Shown in pieces: positions 1 through 13,200 of a DNA stretch of 64,000 bases. A model generated the notes under the pieces. It was not told the origin of the DNA, did not search any database, and saw only the letters and a program-made list of their open reading frames with translations. Source of the DNA: Takakia lepidozioides (lineage: Eukaryota > Plantae > Bryophyta). How positions within the stretch are numbered: the first letter of the stretch is position 1; every line of letters begins with the position of its first letter. The stretch spans positions 89,528,001 to 89,592,000 of the forward strand of contig CM060731.1 of NCBI GenBank assembly GCA_030704615.1, written 5' to 3'. The position numbers and the translations under genes are program-made.

Positions 1-1667
1 AAATCACATGACTATCATGTGCTCATGCAGCAAATTATACCGCTTGCTATCCGTGGGCTCATGCCAAGTGGTCCTCGAAGGGCCATTTTGCGAGAATGTC
101 GTGTATTTAAGAAGTTGTGTGCAAAAGTGGTGAATCCTGTAAAGTATGAGGAATTCAGAACTGAAGCAGTTCTCACTCTGTGTCTTATAGAGAAGGAGTT
201 CCCACTATCATTTTTTGATGTGATGACACATCTGGTTGTTCACCTAGTGGATGAGTTGTACTTATGCGGGCCCGTAGCATCTCGTTGGATGTACCCCATG
301 GAGCGGGCAATGAAAGATATGAAGGGCTACGTAAGAAACATGGCAAGGCCCAAGGGGAGCATGGCAGAAGGATACCAATTTGAAGAAGCATTGGGTTTTT
401 GCACAGAGTATATGGCAGGATTTGATGGAAGTGTACGAAGGGTGTGGGATGCAGATGAGGCAGAATCTGTGGAACGTGAAGTTGTGGAAGGAAGTTCTAA
501 AGCCCGAAAATTGAATGACCTGTGTGATATTGTACATGAGTACATCATTCAGAACCATCCTCGTATGTCAGTCATGTTGGGGTAAGAAATCTACTTCATT
601 GACATTCAGATTTCCAAGTTTTAGTCATTTATCATTAGTTGGCATATGGCGTCTTTTCAAATCTCCCACGCCACCTCTGTCAATCTTTGGCTGACCCTCG
701 GATTGTGACAGGATATATGAAGCAGAGTCCACACGGATAGAAGCCAGACGACGCTTGTTTCGTGAGGAGCAAGGGCTGGAAAACATGAGCAATCCCACGA
801 CAATTCAGTACCCTCCTGATTTGCATCCTTGTCCTCCATTTGCTGTTTGGCTCCCTCAAGGTGTACGGGATCATCTCTCAATTCAATCAGATGGGCTTGA
901 TCCTACAACACGTGAGGAATTACTGGATCTTTCAAGGCCTCCATCATTTACTGCCCTGTCATTCAAGAGTATGACAGCGTATGGTAACCATTACAGGGTT
1001 ACATCCCCCGGCATGAACACAACAAGTATGGTGTCTTTTGATTGTGGAGTCTCATCTGTTTTCCAGCACCAGCCCATTACCAACAATTCAGGCAATGACA
1101 TGGAGGAACCTACAAGATATGTGGGTCTTATAAGGGAGATTTTGCAAATTGACTATGGTCAAACACAGCCTATAGTGTTTTTGTGTTCGTGGGTACGGGC
1201 GAGTCGCGTGGGTCGTCAACCTATGTCAATGAAGCAGGATGATGCTGGCTTCATACTTTGTCAATTTTAACCGTATGCTTCCACCTTCTGAGCAACCTTT
1301 TGTGTTTCCTGGCCAGGTTGATCAAGTGTTTTTTTCTGATTGTGTGAAGGAGCCGGGGTGGAAAGTCGTCCTGGAGAAGAGCCCCTGAGCACGTAGAGTG
1401 GTCTGCGATATATCAATTGATAATGATGATGTGGCGGAAGTGGAAGGATTGTTAGCCCCACAAAGACTAGAGGAGACTCTGGTTACTGATGGCCCAACAT
1501 GCAGCCGAGCGGTACCGGTTACTCCAGAGCAGGTGGCCTCCTTGTACCTCCGAGCACCCCGTATACGTGGTGATGATGTTCAGCCAACCCTTGGACAAGA
1601 TCAAGTCTGTGATGAAGATAATGATACATGTAGTGACCCAGACATAGATGAGGATGATGAAGATTAG
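1..1667 (+). pseudogene. CACTA transposase (Tnp2 family, DUF4218/DUF4216-type C-terminal part), intron-containing and frameshifted
   Basis: Motifs (K)SHDYHVLMQ, FFDVMTHLVVHL, GPVASRWMYPMERAMK, GSMAEGY and YVGLIREILQIDYG-VFLCSW-DDAGF, then an acidic tail. Probable intron at about 583-711. Confidence 0.9.
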
Positions 1668-2035
1668 ATATGCGCGATTTGTGCACTCCAGTTATAGACC
1701 ATGCATGATAGTTTAAGGTGGTAACACTCCCTTCGCATTCCCATTAAGATATCATGCTTGGACACTGGATTTTATGATCAATTACGGAGTGTTTTCCTTT
1801 CAGCACCCTTTATTCATTTGTTGTTGCAATTGGCTTTGGACCAACCCGTGCTGGTACCATTGCCATGGGTTGTGCCTGCAATGTTTTCTTGCCATGGATT
1901 CGGCACACGCCACGAAAGGCCATCCAGACCATCCTCTGGAAATGCTCCAATGTTGTTTCAAACATCTCCACATTGCAATGGATACAACACTGACATTAGA
2001 TGAAGGAAAGTGAGACTAGACCTCCAGCCAGCCGG

Positions 2036-2170
2036 CTTTCCCACATCAAATTGAAGGGGATCTGTAGATTATAGATAACGGCTGTTGCCTTCTCAATGTC
2101 TTTTCCAATCACCTCTGCAATGAACTGGGGTATAAGATCCTTCAAATCACAAGTTTGAGCATCATGCACA
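2036..2170 (-). pseudogene. RPS3A: Captured fragment of 40S ribosomal protein S3a (eS1) gene inside CACTA A
   Basis: Translates as AQTCDLKDLIPQFIAEVIGKDIEKATAVIYNLQ..FDVGK, matching the plant RPS3a C-terminal region (QSCDLKDLV.KFIPE.IG.EIEKAT..IYPLQ...KFDLGKLM). Confidence 0.75.
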
Positions 2171-2267
2171 AGCCACTTACGGGGATAGAGTTTCCAATGC
2201 GAACCATTGGTCTTTTATTGATAGCATTGTTGTAAAATACATGGACCAACATGGTCAATTTCGGGAA

Positions 2268-5200
2268 CACTACAACAGATTGCGGCTTTTATGACTCCCA
2301 TGGGTGCGCAGTCATGACAGATTTGTGGCAGAAATGCCATTTGCAGTCGTAAAATGCTTTTGAAGTCATAATGCAGGTCTGGAGAAGGCGTATATGCGAC
2401 TGCATGGCTTCGGACTCTGCGCAACACAGGTCAAACATGTTTGACCACGAATATTGGCATGGCAGATATGACTACCAATCATGGTCATGGCTACACTGGA
2501 ATGACGTGTGCATATTGCAAGACAGACATATGACTTCATGACTCTCACTCTAATGCATTATGCCAGATCATCACATGGATGAATCACTACATGACTACAC
2601 GTGTCGACACATGCTTTTCTGGTTATATATATAATATATGAGTATTTATATCTTAAAAAAATGGAGACTCTTACCACTAGAATGAATTAAAAAAAACCCA
2701 AAAAAAACAAAGATTTAAAAAAAATCACATCAGCTGGTAAGTGCACAGTGTGTCGCCCTTGTGGTTTGGGGTTCAAACCCGCTGCCCTTATCCCGTGTGT
2801 GGGATTGTTCGAGACGGTATGTCTTGACGTTGATCGTCCTGTAGGTCTTATGGCCCATAAATGAAGGCGGGTGAATTTTCCCCCTCCTCAAGGGCTTGTG
2901 GTTTCCTTTAAGAGAAAAATAAAAATAAAAAAAAATAAAAAATGGGCTTTTAGGGTTTACAAAAAGGTTAAAAAACTTAAAAAGTTGCCCATCACTGTAG
3001 CGTGAACAGACTTAGAGCGAGCGGGAGGGGGAGAGAGAGAGAGAGTTGGGACTTAGAGCGAGCGAGCGGGAGAGAGGGCAAACATGCATGGGAGGCCAAT
3101 CCAACATTACCTAACTACAGACACAAGCAGCACACACTAGAGGTCATCTTGGGTTCATGTTCAATCAAATCCTCTATGGGTCATGACACAAGGTCGAGGA
3201 CAATGTGGTGAGGGCACCTTCTTCTTCGACCTATTTCAGCCTATTTTGCCCTCTCATCAGACTCGGCCCTGAATTTGAATCATGGAGCAGAGCTGGCATG
3301 AGTTTTTTTAAGATCCTTCACGAGGGTGCGACCGCAATCGCAAGGTGTGGTTTTTTTTTAATGTACGATGTGCAGAATTTTGTCCATCCTGCAAATGTGG
3401 GTTGTTGGCTCCTGTTAGTACCATGATTTGATATTCTTCCTGATGTTTACAAGGTTCTTGGGAGAGTCAGCTTGGTCTTAGCAGACCGTGTTTCAAAGTC
3501 TGTCTGCTCAGCTGCACCGTGGTGCAGGTTCTCACTGACCAATCCGACATTACCTGACTACAGACACAAGCATCACACACAAGGTCAAATCCTCCATGGG
3601 TCATGACACAAGGTCAAGGACAGTGTGGTGAGGGCACCTTCTTCTTCGACCTATTTCAGCATGTTTTGCCCTCTCATCAGACGTCCTGAGATGCATATTG
3701 AATTTTGTAAGTTAGCTCATTGCTCGTTGATAAGTAGGGTTGGGGGTGTTTGCTGGAACAATTCTAGGCTGTCATTGTCAGCTGCTAGCAGGAAGGCAAG
3801 GATGTATGCATAGATAGCTGAAGGATTTTGTGCAGAGGCATAGATAGCTGAAGGAGCAGGGATAGAGTGTGGGCCCAAATTCGTCCAAGAGGGCCGGATT
3901 TCAAGCTCCATTATTTCAGTGTCATCCATTCAGCCAGGGATTTCCTGGTGACATTGCCAAGGCTTTACTCGCAACACGATGCTTGTAAAGCTTCCTTAGC
4001 TTGAATGCTGATTATGCTTGAATTATTAGGTTTGTAAAGCCAGTTTTGAAATTTTCATGGTAATCAGCTCTCTTGAAAATCTGTAGGTTGCAAGCCATTT
4101 ACAACGGGCCGTGGGTGGACTGGAAGACAGCCATTGAAAGTCCTGGTGCAAGTTAATACCAGTGGAGAGCAGAATAAGTTTCATATTCCCTTTTGGTGCT
4201 AGTTATCTTCATGTATGGTACTGTTGAACACCAACAATCTTTTGGTGAGATTCTGTCTTGGTGCACATGTCTGATAAAGAAAGACGGTAATGTTTGTTCT
4301 GAAACCTGAAGGCGTGAAATGATTCAACACAACAAGAGCATTACGCGTGTCACAGTACAAGCTGTAAGAAAGCAAGAGATACATAGTTATACAGTCAAAC
4401 AGACAACTATTAGTTTCTGTGGAATCTCTTGCCAATGGCAGGATGGGTTGGGAATAGCCAAGTCAGGAGGTGAATGCCTGTCAAATTACCACATGTCCTT
4501 TTGAACACTGCCCTGCCCTGGTGGACATGTACGCCAATTGTGGGTGCATTGAGGATGCAAAGGGAGTGTTCAACACTGTGGCTGAACGAGATGTGGTGTC
4601 GTGGAGTGTGATGCTTGCTGGGTATGCACAGCTGGGGTGCGGGATGGAGGCTCCAACCTTTGAGAAAATGATGGGGGAAGGGGTGAAGGCCGCCGACATA
4701 ACGTTTGTGTGCGTTTGCAGTGCGTCTGCAGCCCTGGAAAAGGGCAAAGAGATCCCTGGTGACATCATCAAATCTGCAATTGTACCAGATGTCATCCTGA
4801 ACATGGCTCTGGTGGCCATGTATGCTAAATGTGGGAGCATTGAGGATGCCAAGGGAGTGTTCAATGCTATGGCTGAACTAGATGTGGTGTCGTGGAATGC
4901 GATGCTTGAAGGGTGTGCAGAGCAGGAGCGCGGGATGGGGCGTTGGACACCTGAAAGCAAATGATGGAGAAAAGGATGAAGGTACATTCTTCAACATATT
5001 TCACCCTGTTTTCCCTGCTAGTGTTTGCTTTGACAATTCTAGGCTGTCATTGTCAGCTGCTAGCAGCAAGGCGAGGATGTATGCATGATTTGTGCAGAGG
5101 CATGGACAGCTGAAGGAGCAGGGATTTCGTGTGGGTCCAGATTCATCCAAGAAGGCCAGATTTCAAGCACAAGATTACCTGTGATTCCCTGTGGATCAAT

Positions 5201-6860
5201 AGCTACAAGAAACCTGCATGGGTAGATGGTCAACTGGGAGCAGCGGCACAAGTGATAAAATCAGGCACTGCTAATGAAGGCATCTTCTTCAACACATTTC
5301 ACCCAGTTTTTCCCTCTTATCAGAATCGGCCCTAAATTTACATGTTCAATTCTGCAAGTTAGCTGGTTGAGTGAATCTAGTTTGGAGTGACTTTGACATG
5401 ATACTGCCAATGTGACAACAGGAAAGTGTCAAAAAATAGGTAACAGAGATGAGGAGAAGCTGTGGAATGAATACTTATCTGAGCCCAGTCACTGATGGGT
5501 CAACCGGGGCAGAAAGGTGAATGCCTGCTACATTTCAGAGAGTAGCAGACGCAATTCAGCATAGGAACTAGTGTGCTACGCTGAGTTGGGTGTTTCCTAG
5601 AACAAATGTAGGCTGTCATTGTCAGCTGCTAGCAGCAAGGCAAGGATGAATGCTTGATTTGTGCAGAGGCATGGATAGCTGAAGGAATAGAGATAGAGTA
5701 TGGGTGATGCAGGGTGCTGGGCAATGGGCAAGATGTCTTTGTATAAACGTGAGTGACCTTCCTATCATCCTGGGTTTCATTTTTAGTGCATGTTTCTTTG
5801 TGAAGTATCTGACGACTTCGCCAATACACACCAACCTTTTTGCTTTGGTTTGTTTAGGACATGGGATAGAAGTTACCATAAACAACACTGGCATTGGTTT
5901 TTCATATATGGTATTAGATAATTCTCTTAATTGTTTCCGCCTTGGCAGGTTGCTCAGTGACCTTCCCTGGACGCCTTGGAGTATAGCGAGTGAGTGTCTC
6001 ACAATGCAATATTGGTTGGTGCATCTTATGCAAGAACTTGGAAAACAAACAAATGTCCTTGTTGTAGTAATTCTTAAAGCCATGCAAGCCGTTTTTTATG
6101 GGTTGCAGATTGATGGAATACATGAGTAGTTAGAAGATTCTGGGTGAACACTTTTCAAAGTGTTATAGTTAGACAAAATAATTCACATGAGAACATGCGA
6201 CTATTTAATGTATTTTTAGATCGCAACAAAAATGATAATGATAAATAGATTAGTAAATAGAGATGGTATGCAATCTCTTGGTTTTGCTCAGCTTGTTGCA
6301 GTTATGTCTTGCTGCCTTGTTCTCTTTGTATTATATATTATATTTCATTGTTGTAATAGACATGTACATGACTGCTATCATAGTCATAATAATGACTACA
6401 TCTATTTTCACTCTCCAATAGTACTACACCACGTGGCAGAAATACAAATATGTAACACCCCAAAACTTATCATGACACATGTCAATCTGCTGATGGACCA
6501 CGTGTAAAAACTGAAACGCGCCACGTGTTGCAACCGGATTAGCACACCCGTAGTCATAGTTCGCAGTCATGGAGAGCTAAACACTCTGCCACGTGTCATT
6601 TCCTGCATCGAACACGTGCCACTCTTGCACAGCCGCTGACATGGACTACACTGTCCGTTCAGTCATTCAGTAAAGCCAGCGTGTATGACTACCCCCATAG
6701 CTGCTCTAGCGCCACGTGACAGCCAGCCTGGAGAGTCATATCTGCCATGTCACAACTGACTAGGTCTTTACGTCTGCAGAGTCAGGAAGTCGTAAATGGC
6801 TTCCATGACTGCATTTGCAGTCATAACACAGAGACGTAAAAGCCGCAATTTGTTGTAGTA
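2268..6860. mobile_element. Non-autonomous Pack-type CACTA element (4593 bp) nested in CACTA A
   Basis: TIRs CACTACAACAGATTGCGGCTTTTA and TAAAAGCCGCAATTTGTTGTAGTA (last base G>A). 3-bp TSD GAA at 2265-2267 and 6861-6863. Subterminal ATGAC/GTCAT repeats at both ends. A paralogous empty site (TGGAATGACATATAGTAC) occurs at about 7558-7575. Confidence 0.9.
4510..4940 (+). pseudogene. Captured PLS-class pentatricopeptide repeat (PPR) gene fragment
   Basis: ALVDMYANCGCIEDAKGVFNTVAERDVVSWSVMLAGYAQLG..EA..FEKMMGEGVKAADITFV, repeated as ALVAMYAKCGSIEDAKGVFNAMAELDVVSWNAML. These are canonical S/P/L PPR motifs; no start or E/DYW domain is present. Confidence 0.9.
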
Positions 6861-7355
6861 GAATGACATATAGTACGCTTTCATGTACTATGTAAGCATG
6901 CAACTATGTACCAGTGACGTGGCTTGTTCACCACTTAACCTGTTTGCCCATTCAGCCATCTCCACATTGTCATGGATTTTGCATGCTGGATTGTGAGGCC
7001 ATCCACACCGTCCTCTGGAAATGCTATCATGGGGTTTCAGCTATGTCCACATTTCCCTGGATTATGCCTGCACGAAGCCACCCTCCACTTTATTATAGTA
7101 TTGCAGCAACATTCAAAGCACTTCAATTTGTATCCATCGAAAACATCTAGGCTGGAAAAAGACATTGTTGCAGCAGAACTTATGAAAGTACTTCTCCCCT
7201 TCCACTACACACGTGAAATGAAAGAAGCCAACCAACAGCATACCAGCCAAGAAAATATGAAACCAGCCAAGAAAAGAGCCAATATATGCAGTGAAGGTCG
7301 ACACTAAATGAAACTTATCCAACACTTACATTAGAGGAGGGAAGCTAAGTCTTAC

Positions 7356-7460
7356 CTTCATAAGCTTGCCCACATCAAATTTGGGAGCTTTCAGAAATTT
7401 TCCTTTCCGGTTGAATGAACTTGGCTACAAGATCCTTCAAATCACAAGTTTGAGCTTCAC
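7356..7460 (-). pseudogene. RPS3A: Second RPS3A fragment in CACTA A, internally deleted
   Basis: EAQTCDLKDLVAKFI followed by RKGKFLKAPKFDVGKLMK and a GTAAG donor. Confidence 0.75.
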
Positions 7461-9454
7461 ACACAATGAACTTACAGGGATTGAGCTTCCAATGCGAACC
7501 AGAAGTCTTATATTGATAGCATTGTTGTAAAACACATGGACCAACAATGACAGTCTCTGGAATGACATATAGTACAGTAATGACATATAGTACAGCATGC
7601 CGCTTCCAATTGACCATCTACCCATGTAGGTTTCTTGTAACTATCCTTCCACAGGGAATCATAGGTAATGTGGAGCTTGAAATCCAGCCCTCTTGGATGA
7701 ATCTGGACCCACACTCTATCCCTGCTCCTTCAGCTATCCATGCCTCTGACAACCTACAATTCTACCAGCAAACACCCCAACCATACTGGAGTGGAGTTCT
7801 TCCCCAAAACACCCCAACCCTACTTATCACAATCTGAAATGCATCTGCTTCTCTCTGTAGTCCAACAGGCATTCGCCTTTTTGTCTCCATTGTCCCACCA
7901 TTGGGGTCGGAAAGTGTTCACCCCAAAGCTTCTCCTCACCTCTATTATATGTTTTTGGATACTTCCCTGCTGCCACACTGGCAGTAATTTGCCAAAGTCT
8001 CTCCAAACCACCACAGATCTACCCAACGACCTAACTTACAGAATTCAATATGCATCTTGCGGCCGAGTCTGATGAGAGGGCAACACAGGCTGAAATAGGT
8101 TGAAGAAGAAGGTGCCCTACCACATTGTCCTTGACCTGTCTTGAGGATTTGACCGATGACCACTTGTGTGTGCTGCTTGTGTCTGTAGTCAGGTAATGTC
8201 GGATTGGTCTGTGAGATCAAAATGAGTAGTCAGAGATTGAAACACGCTTGCTAAGACCAAGCTGACTCTCCCAAGAACGGCGAGCTCGCTTCTCCTCGTC
8301 TCGTCTCCTCCTCCTCTTCTCCTTCGTGCATCATTTGCTCAACGCCTCCATCCCACGCCCCTGCATATCCTGCTATCATCGTGTTCCATCCCTCAGCTAT
8401 GTGGTGTGGCGCAGGAGACAAAAAAACGCCAAGTCCCAGCCCTCCTTTCTGTTCACGATTACACTAATGGGCAACCTTATTAGCAATTTTTTAACTTTTT
8501 AAAACCTAATGGGCAACCTTATTTGCATTATATGTGCCTTCAAAATGACACGTGTAGTGATGTAGTCGTATAAATAGAGCTCTGAAACCATCTTCAGTCA
8601 TGGAGTCATAAGATTCCATGAAACGTCGTCCACGTGTAGTCAAACATATCACACTAGTCATATAAACCATCCCTGTCATCATGGTCAACAATGTTTGACC
8701 AATGCTCCCTAACTTTCCGGAGTCATGTAGTGATATCCATTACTACAAAGTCATAAAACTAAAACTGTAATGCATTTCAGCGCTCTGTAGTCATGTACCT
8801 AGTGCAGTTTTTATTACTCCGCCAAAGCCGTAGTCCTAAAAACGCTCATCTCTTGTAGTGAGCCCATTGAAGGCTTGTATTTTCAAGTTTGGGAGTGCAA
8901 GAAAGGAAGGAAGGGGCTGGTTTCCCTGTAGGGCATGTGTGGAGCATGCCTTCAGCCCATTGAGGCTCTTGTTTTCAAGCTTTAGAGAGCTAGAATGGAA
9001 TGGCTAGGGCTAGTTTCCACTTGGGGTGAAAGAAAAGCACTTGTAGGGCATATGTGAGTTGGGGTTTCAACTTCAAGCTTGAAGGGAGCACAACTCTTGA
9101 AGCAGCAGGTGCAAGGGCTGGATTAGGTGCGAAGGGGCGTGCTATGGTCAAGAAAAGCGCGTGAATGAGTGCCTACAAGGGCTGGAAGTCAGCCATGTTT
9201 GGTTAGTCGCCATAGGGATCAATGACGTTGTTTTGTAAGTTAAAATGAAGCTTGTGCACTTAGTTTTGATTGCAAATATCTTTTTTTGGAATTAGAGCTA
9301 CTATTGGTGGTGTGTGGGAGCAAGAATACCTTGCTGATTTCCTCACAGACGCCATAGCTTGGTGCAAAGAAGCCTAGAGTCCAAGAGACACAAACCCTAG
9401 CTTGGCGTGTCTAAACCCTTGGGAGAAATGGCTAAATTGCCATGAACAGCCATG

Positions 9455-9996
9455 GATGGGGCTGTGACGGGCTGTGACTGGCTGTGATAGGCTGTGCCCT
9501 ATGGCCTTTGGGGCTGTGATGGGCTATGACAGGTTGTGACATGTGGCCTGTGGGGCTGTGATGGATTGTGATGGGCTGTGACGTGCTGTGATAGGCTGTG
9601 CCCTATGGTCTTTGGGGCTGTGAGAGGCTGTGAGAGGCTGTGATAGGTGGCATGTGGGGCTGTGACCGGCTGTGATAGGCTGTGACGGGCTGTGACCTAT
9701 GGCCTTTGGGGTTGTGAGAGGCTGTGAGAGGCTGCGACATGTGGTTTGTGGGGCTGTGATGGGCTGTGACAGGAGACCTGTGGGGTTGTGACCGGTTGTG
9801 GCCTGTGGCTTGTGGGGCTGCGATAGGCTGTGACAGGCTGTGGCCTGTGATGTTGTGACCCTGTCACATGTGTAGGGCTGTGACAGGCTGTGCCCTGTGG
9901 CGTTTGGGGCTGTGGGGCTGTGACAGGCTGTGACCTGTGGTCTGTGGGGCTGTGATGGGCTGTGACGGCTGTGACCTGTGATCTATGTGGGCCTGT
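9455..9996 (+). repeat. Degenerate minisatellite of about 10-bp GGCTGTGA(C/T)N units
   Basis: Dozens of GGCTGTGA-like units interleaved with TGTGGCCTGTGG/CCTATGGCCTTTGG spacers, upstream of gag. Confidence 0.9.
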
Positions 9997-10929
9997 GCTA
10001 GTCTGTGGTGGCTCGTGTTGACCTGTGGACGGCCTGTGCTAACTCATGGAGGCACTGGTGGACTGCCTGAGGACTGGCATGTGGTCTTGAAGGCCAAATT
10101 TCGAAGCTCGTGGAGGGCGGTTTGAGGAGTATCTTCATGATATTCCCATGGTCATGCAAGTGAGGGAAGAGAGGAGAGGAAGAGTGTTGGGATGAGGGCA
10201 TGTTGGGGTTAGGCATTGCTTTAGGTTCTCTTCCTCGTAGTTTTCCACCCTCTCATTAGGCCGAGACCTTTCCGTAAGTGGAGACAAGAGTCAGTCCGGG
10301 TTTGGGCTGGGGTGTCCTTGCAGGAGCAACACCGTGGAGTTATTTTTGGTGTGGGGGGGGGGGGTTGTCGTTCTGATTTCTTATGTTTGGATCCCATCCT
10401 TACCTGCATGCTTGACTGTGCGCCATGTTTGTGTGGGCGCTTGTTTTTACAGGTGATTGGTCCGGATTTGATCACCGGCCAGTCCTAGAGCATGTTGTCG
10501 ATGGTGAGGCTGGGGTGATGATCAGTCAGACCATCATTGTTTCTCCTGTGGTGAGGTTGGAGGTGATGACCAGCCAACCATAGGAGTGTTTGCGGTGGAT
10601 GCAGGTGCAGGTGTAGGCTATGTTAGGAACCTAGTATTCCAAACCATAAGCCGTAACAGGTTCTCCATCCGGTTACCTTGTGGAGAGGGGGTTAGGGACA
10701 TGTTCATGACTGGTTGAGTGACAGTTAGTCAACACAGAGGTGCCACTAGTTGCTGGGGAGAGTGACGGTTCAAGCACTAGCGATACTAGGGGATACACGA
10801 GACGAGGTGTGCGGTTTATGCCACCTTCACCTCCAGTGTCTTCTACGGAAGGTTCTGATTCAGATTGTGAATCGGGAGGACTCACACCGGCGGTGCAAGT
10901 TGTTTCCTTGCAAATTGTTGTGGGACACA

Positions 10930-12318
10930 ATGGAGGAGATGTATGGAGCTACCAAGGGGCCACGAAAGTACTTTGGGGCGGTGGGCACCATCGAGTTGGA
11001 TGATTTTATCCAAGAGTTTGATAGTTGGTGTGATTTGCAGCAAATGCGCAATCCACAACTATTTACGCCTCATGGCATGGAAGGGGCTGTTTCAGCACCT
11101 TGAGGGGCCGACTATGGATGATTACCATGAGTTCAGGCGGGGGCATGAGGTTGAGATCAAGGAGTGGAGGATGTACTGGTCACCCGACTATGTCTCCATC
11201 ACTAGGGGCACTAGAGCCACGAGGGCAGTGGCTACACCTGCCGCTGCACCGGCAGCTTCAACAAGCAGCATTGGGACTAGTGGGACTGGTGGTACCGTAA
11301 CTACAACATCCACCCAAGCCACTACTGCACCAGCACCAGTACCCGTGCCTGCCTTCAACCCTGTTGTGGAGTTCTTCGAAGAGTTGAGAGGGAACTACCA
11401 AGGGGTAAGGACAGAGAAGTTGCGGAGCTTGCAAGAGTTCCAACGGAAGCCTACTGAGAGCTTGAGGGAGGCTTTCACTCGCATGAGGCGCTTGATAAAT
11501 GTAACCCAAGGGGTTACGGAAGCTCAGACAGTCCAATTCTATTATGGGATATTGGACAAGGAGCTGAGGAGAAGGGTGCGGGATGCAACTCTCCTACAAG
11601 CGGCCCAACCCACCTTAGCAAATGTGTAGAGTGGATAGACCTCAATATGGTGGAGGAACGAGTGGTCATGGTGGGATTTGCTAAGGAGATACCACGGGGT
11701 AGTGGTGCTCCTAGCCAACCACTACCTCAACGTGCTCAAGGCAACGAGGGGGCCCAGGTGAAGCCTAGGGAAGGAAAGAAAGGACCTCAGATGCAAGGGT
11801 CTCTCCCTTCATTTGCACGCCAACAATGGGCGGAGGTGGTGTGTTGGACATGTGGAGGACCCCATGTCAAGAAGGATTGCCCAGAGGGAGGCAAAGGGCC
11901 GGCACATGCACAGCCTGCACAGTTGCAGTGTGGGCATTGTGGCAAGCACGGGCATGGAGAGGCCCAGTGTTATGGTTTGCATCCTGAGTTGCGCCCAGGC
12001 CAGTTCCAAGGGAACAATGGTGGCCGGGGGCGAGGTGGAGCAGCCTAGAGAGGATGAGGTGCAAGCCAAGGGCAAGCTCAACATGGCCAAGGACGTGGAG
12101 GTCAGGGTGTTGACCAAGGCATGGCCAACTGGCTTAAGCAGCTAGAGCAGAGGCTCGCTGCCATGGCTACAGCTCAGGTGGTAATGGCTCCAAGGCCGGA
12201 TGGTCCACCTCTTGCTCCTGAGGGAGGAGATATGGGAGGCATGGGATTCATGTGTGGGGCAGCATTACCACTAGTGCAAGTGGAGTCGGCGGCGGCAGTG
12301 ACCCGAGGAGCAGCATGA
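10930..12318 (+). pseudogene. Gag with two CCHC zinc knuckles (frameshifted)
   Basis: ELDDFIQEFDSWCD and EFQRKPTESLREAFTRMRRL (retrotransposon gag-like). Knuckles CWTCGGPHVKKDC and CGHCGKHGHGEAQC. Confidence 0.85.
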
Positions 12319-12849
12319 GTTCCTGAGCCATGAGGTGCAGAGGTGGAGTTGGATCCACAACGTGGGGAGGCAAGCCGTCAGGCTAGGCTTCCTCAGTCAT
12401 TCACATTGGCGGAGACAGTGTCGACGTCATCCATGGCACCTAGTTCTCGCCCGATTGTTACTAAGGTGGAGGTTACTATGCCATTGGGGAGAGCCACACG
12501 GGCAACATCACTACCTGTTGCCAAAGCTACGACAGCTAGTGTGCTGCTGTGGGCGGCCACATCTGTGTGCCAGGCTCTATTGTTCTCGGCTACCATGATT
12601 GCGACGCCGGGGGTAAGACTAGCTGAAGTGTTTAGGCTGGCAGCTATACTTTGTGAGAGTGGGGAGGTTACTTCATCTTCTGCGGAGATAGTGGGAGTTG
12701 TAGTGCCGGAGGGATCCTCGGATTTGAGGGTCAAGACTGCCACGGCGACGCCATGGCAAGCTGCAGTTGCCAGGTTGGCGGAGCTGTCAGCTAGGCCAGC
12801 CATTGAGCGCGCCATGGTAACACCTGGAGTTGTCATGTTAGACAACCAG

Positions 12850-13200
12850 GATGATATTTTCTGTTTGAGTGGACCGGCAGGCAAGAGGTACCGGCCACTA
12901 CGGGTCTTGTTAGACTCGGGAGCTCAGCCATTGATACTGGGCAAAGCTGCTATTGCAGGCTTGGGCCTCACGAAGGTAAATATAGAGCCGTGCCTTTTCC
13001 AGATACAAACATCTTTGGGAGGATCAGAGCAGGCTTGAGGCATGACATAGTGTGAGTTGGCTATCAGATTACAGCCGGATCATCCTACAGATGGCTCAGT
13101 GATTAGAGCCAAGGCCATTGTGACAGACGCGGTCTCGTCTGATTGGTGGGGCAGTGTTGTACCCCGTGGGCTTCACCCTGGATTTTTGGGAGGAGTCAGC
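12850..13200 (+). pseudogene. Retroviral-type aspartic protease
   Basis: RVLLDSGAQPLILG (D-S-G catalytic motif), followed by a degenerate (V)LIGG flap region. Confidence 0.8.

Larger units (their letters stand above)
1..8860 (+). mobile_element. CACTA/En-Spm DNA transposon A, 3' part (5' end lies outside the window)
   Basis: Tnp2-type transposase at 1-1667. Subterminal (GT)AGTCAT repeats at about 8550-8840. Terminus ...CGCTCATCTCTTGTAGTG at 8860 (reverse complement CACTACAAGAGATG). Linking this end to this transposase is inferred. Confidence 0.75.

Noticed and set aside
5700-6130. Possible Penelope-like RT thumb fragment on the minus strand (IYEKP..K.LV.IGEVVRY)
   Set aside because: The resemblance is too short and degenerate to support without a profile search.
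9455-9996. Repeat array as a CRISPR-like locus
   Set aside because: Units are about 10 bp, degenerate, and lack unique spacers; the context is eukaryotic with no cas genes.
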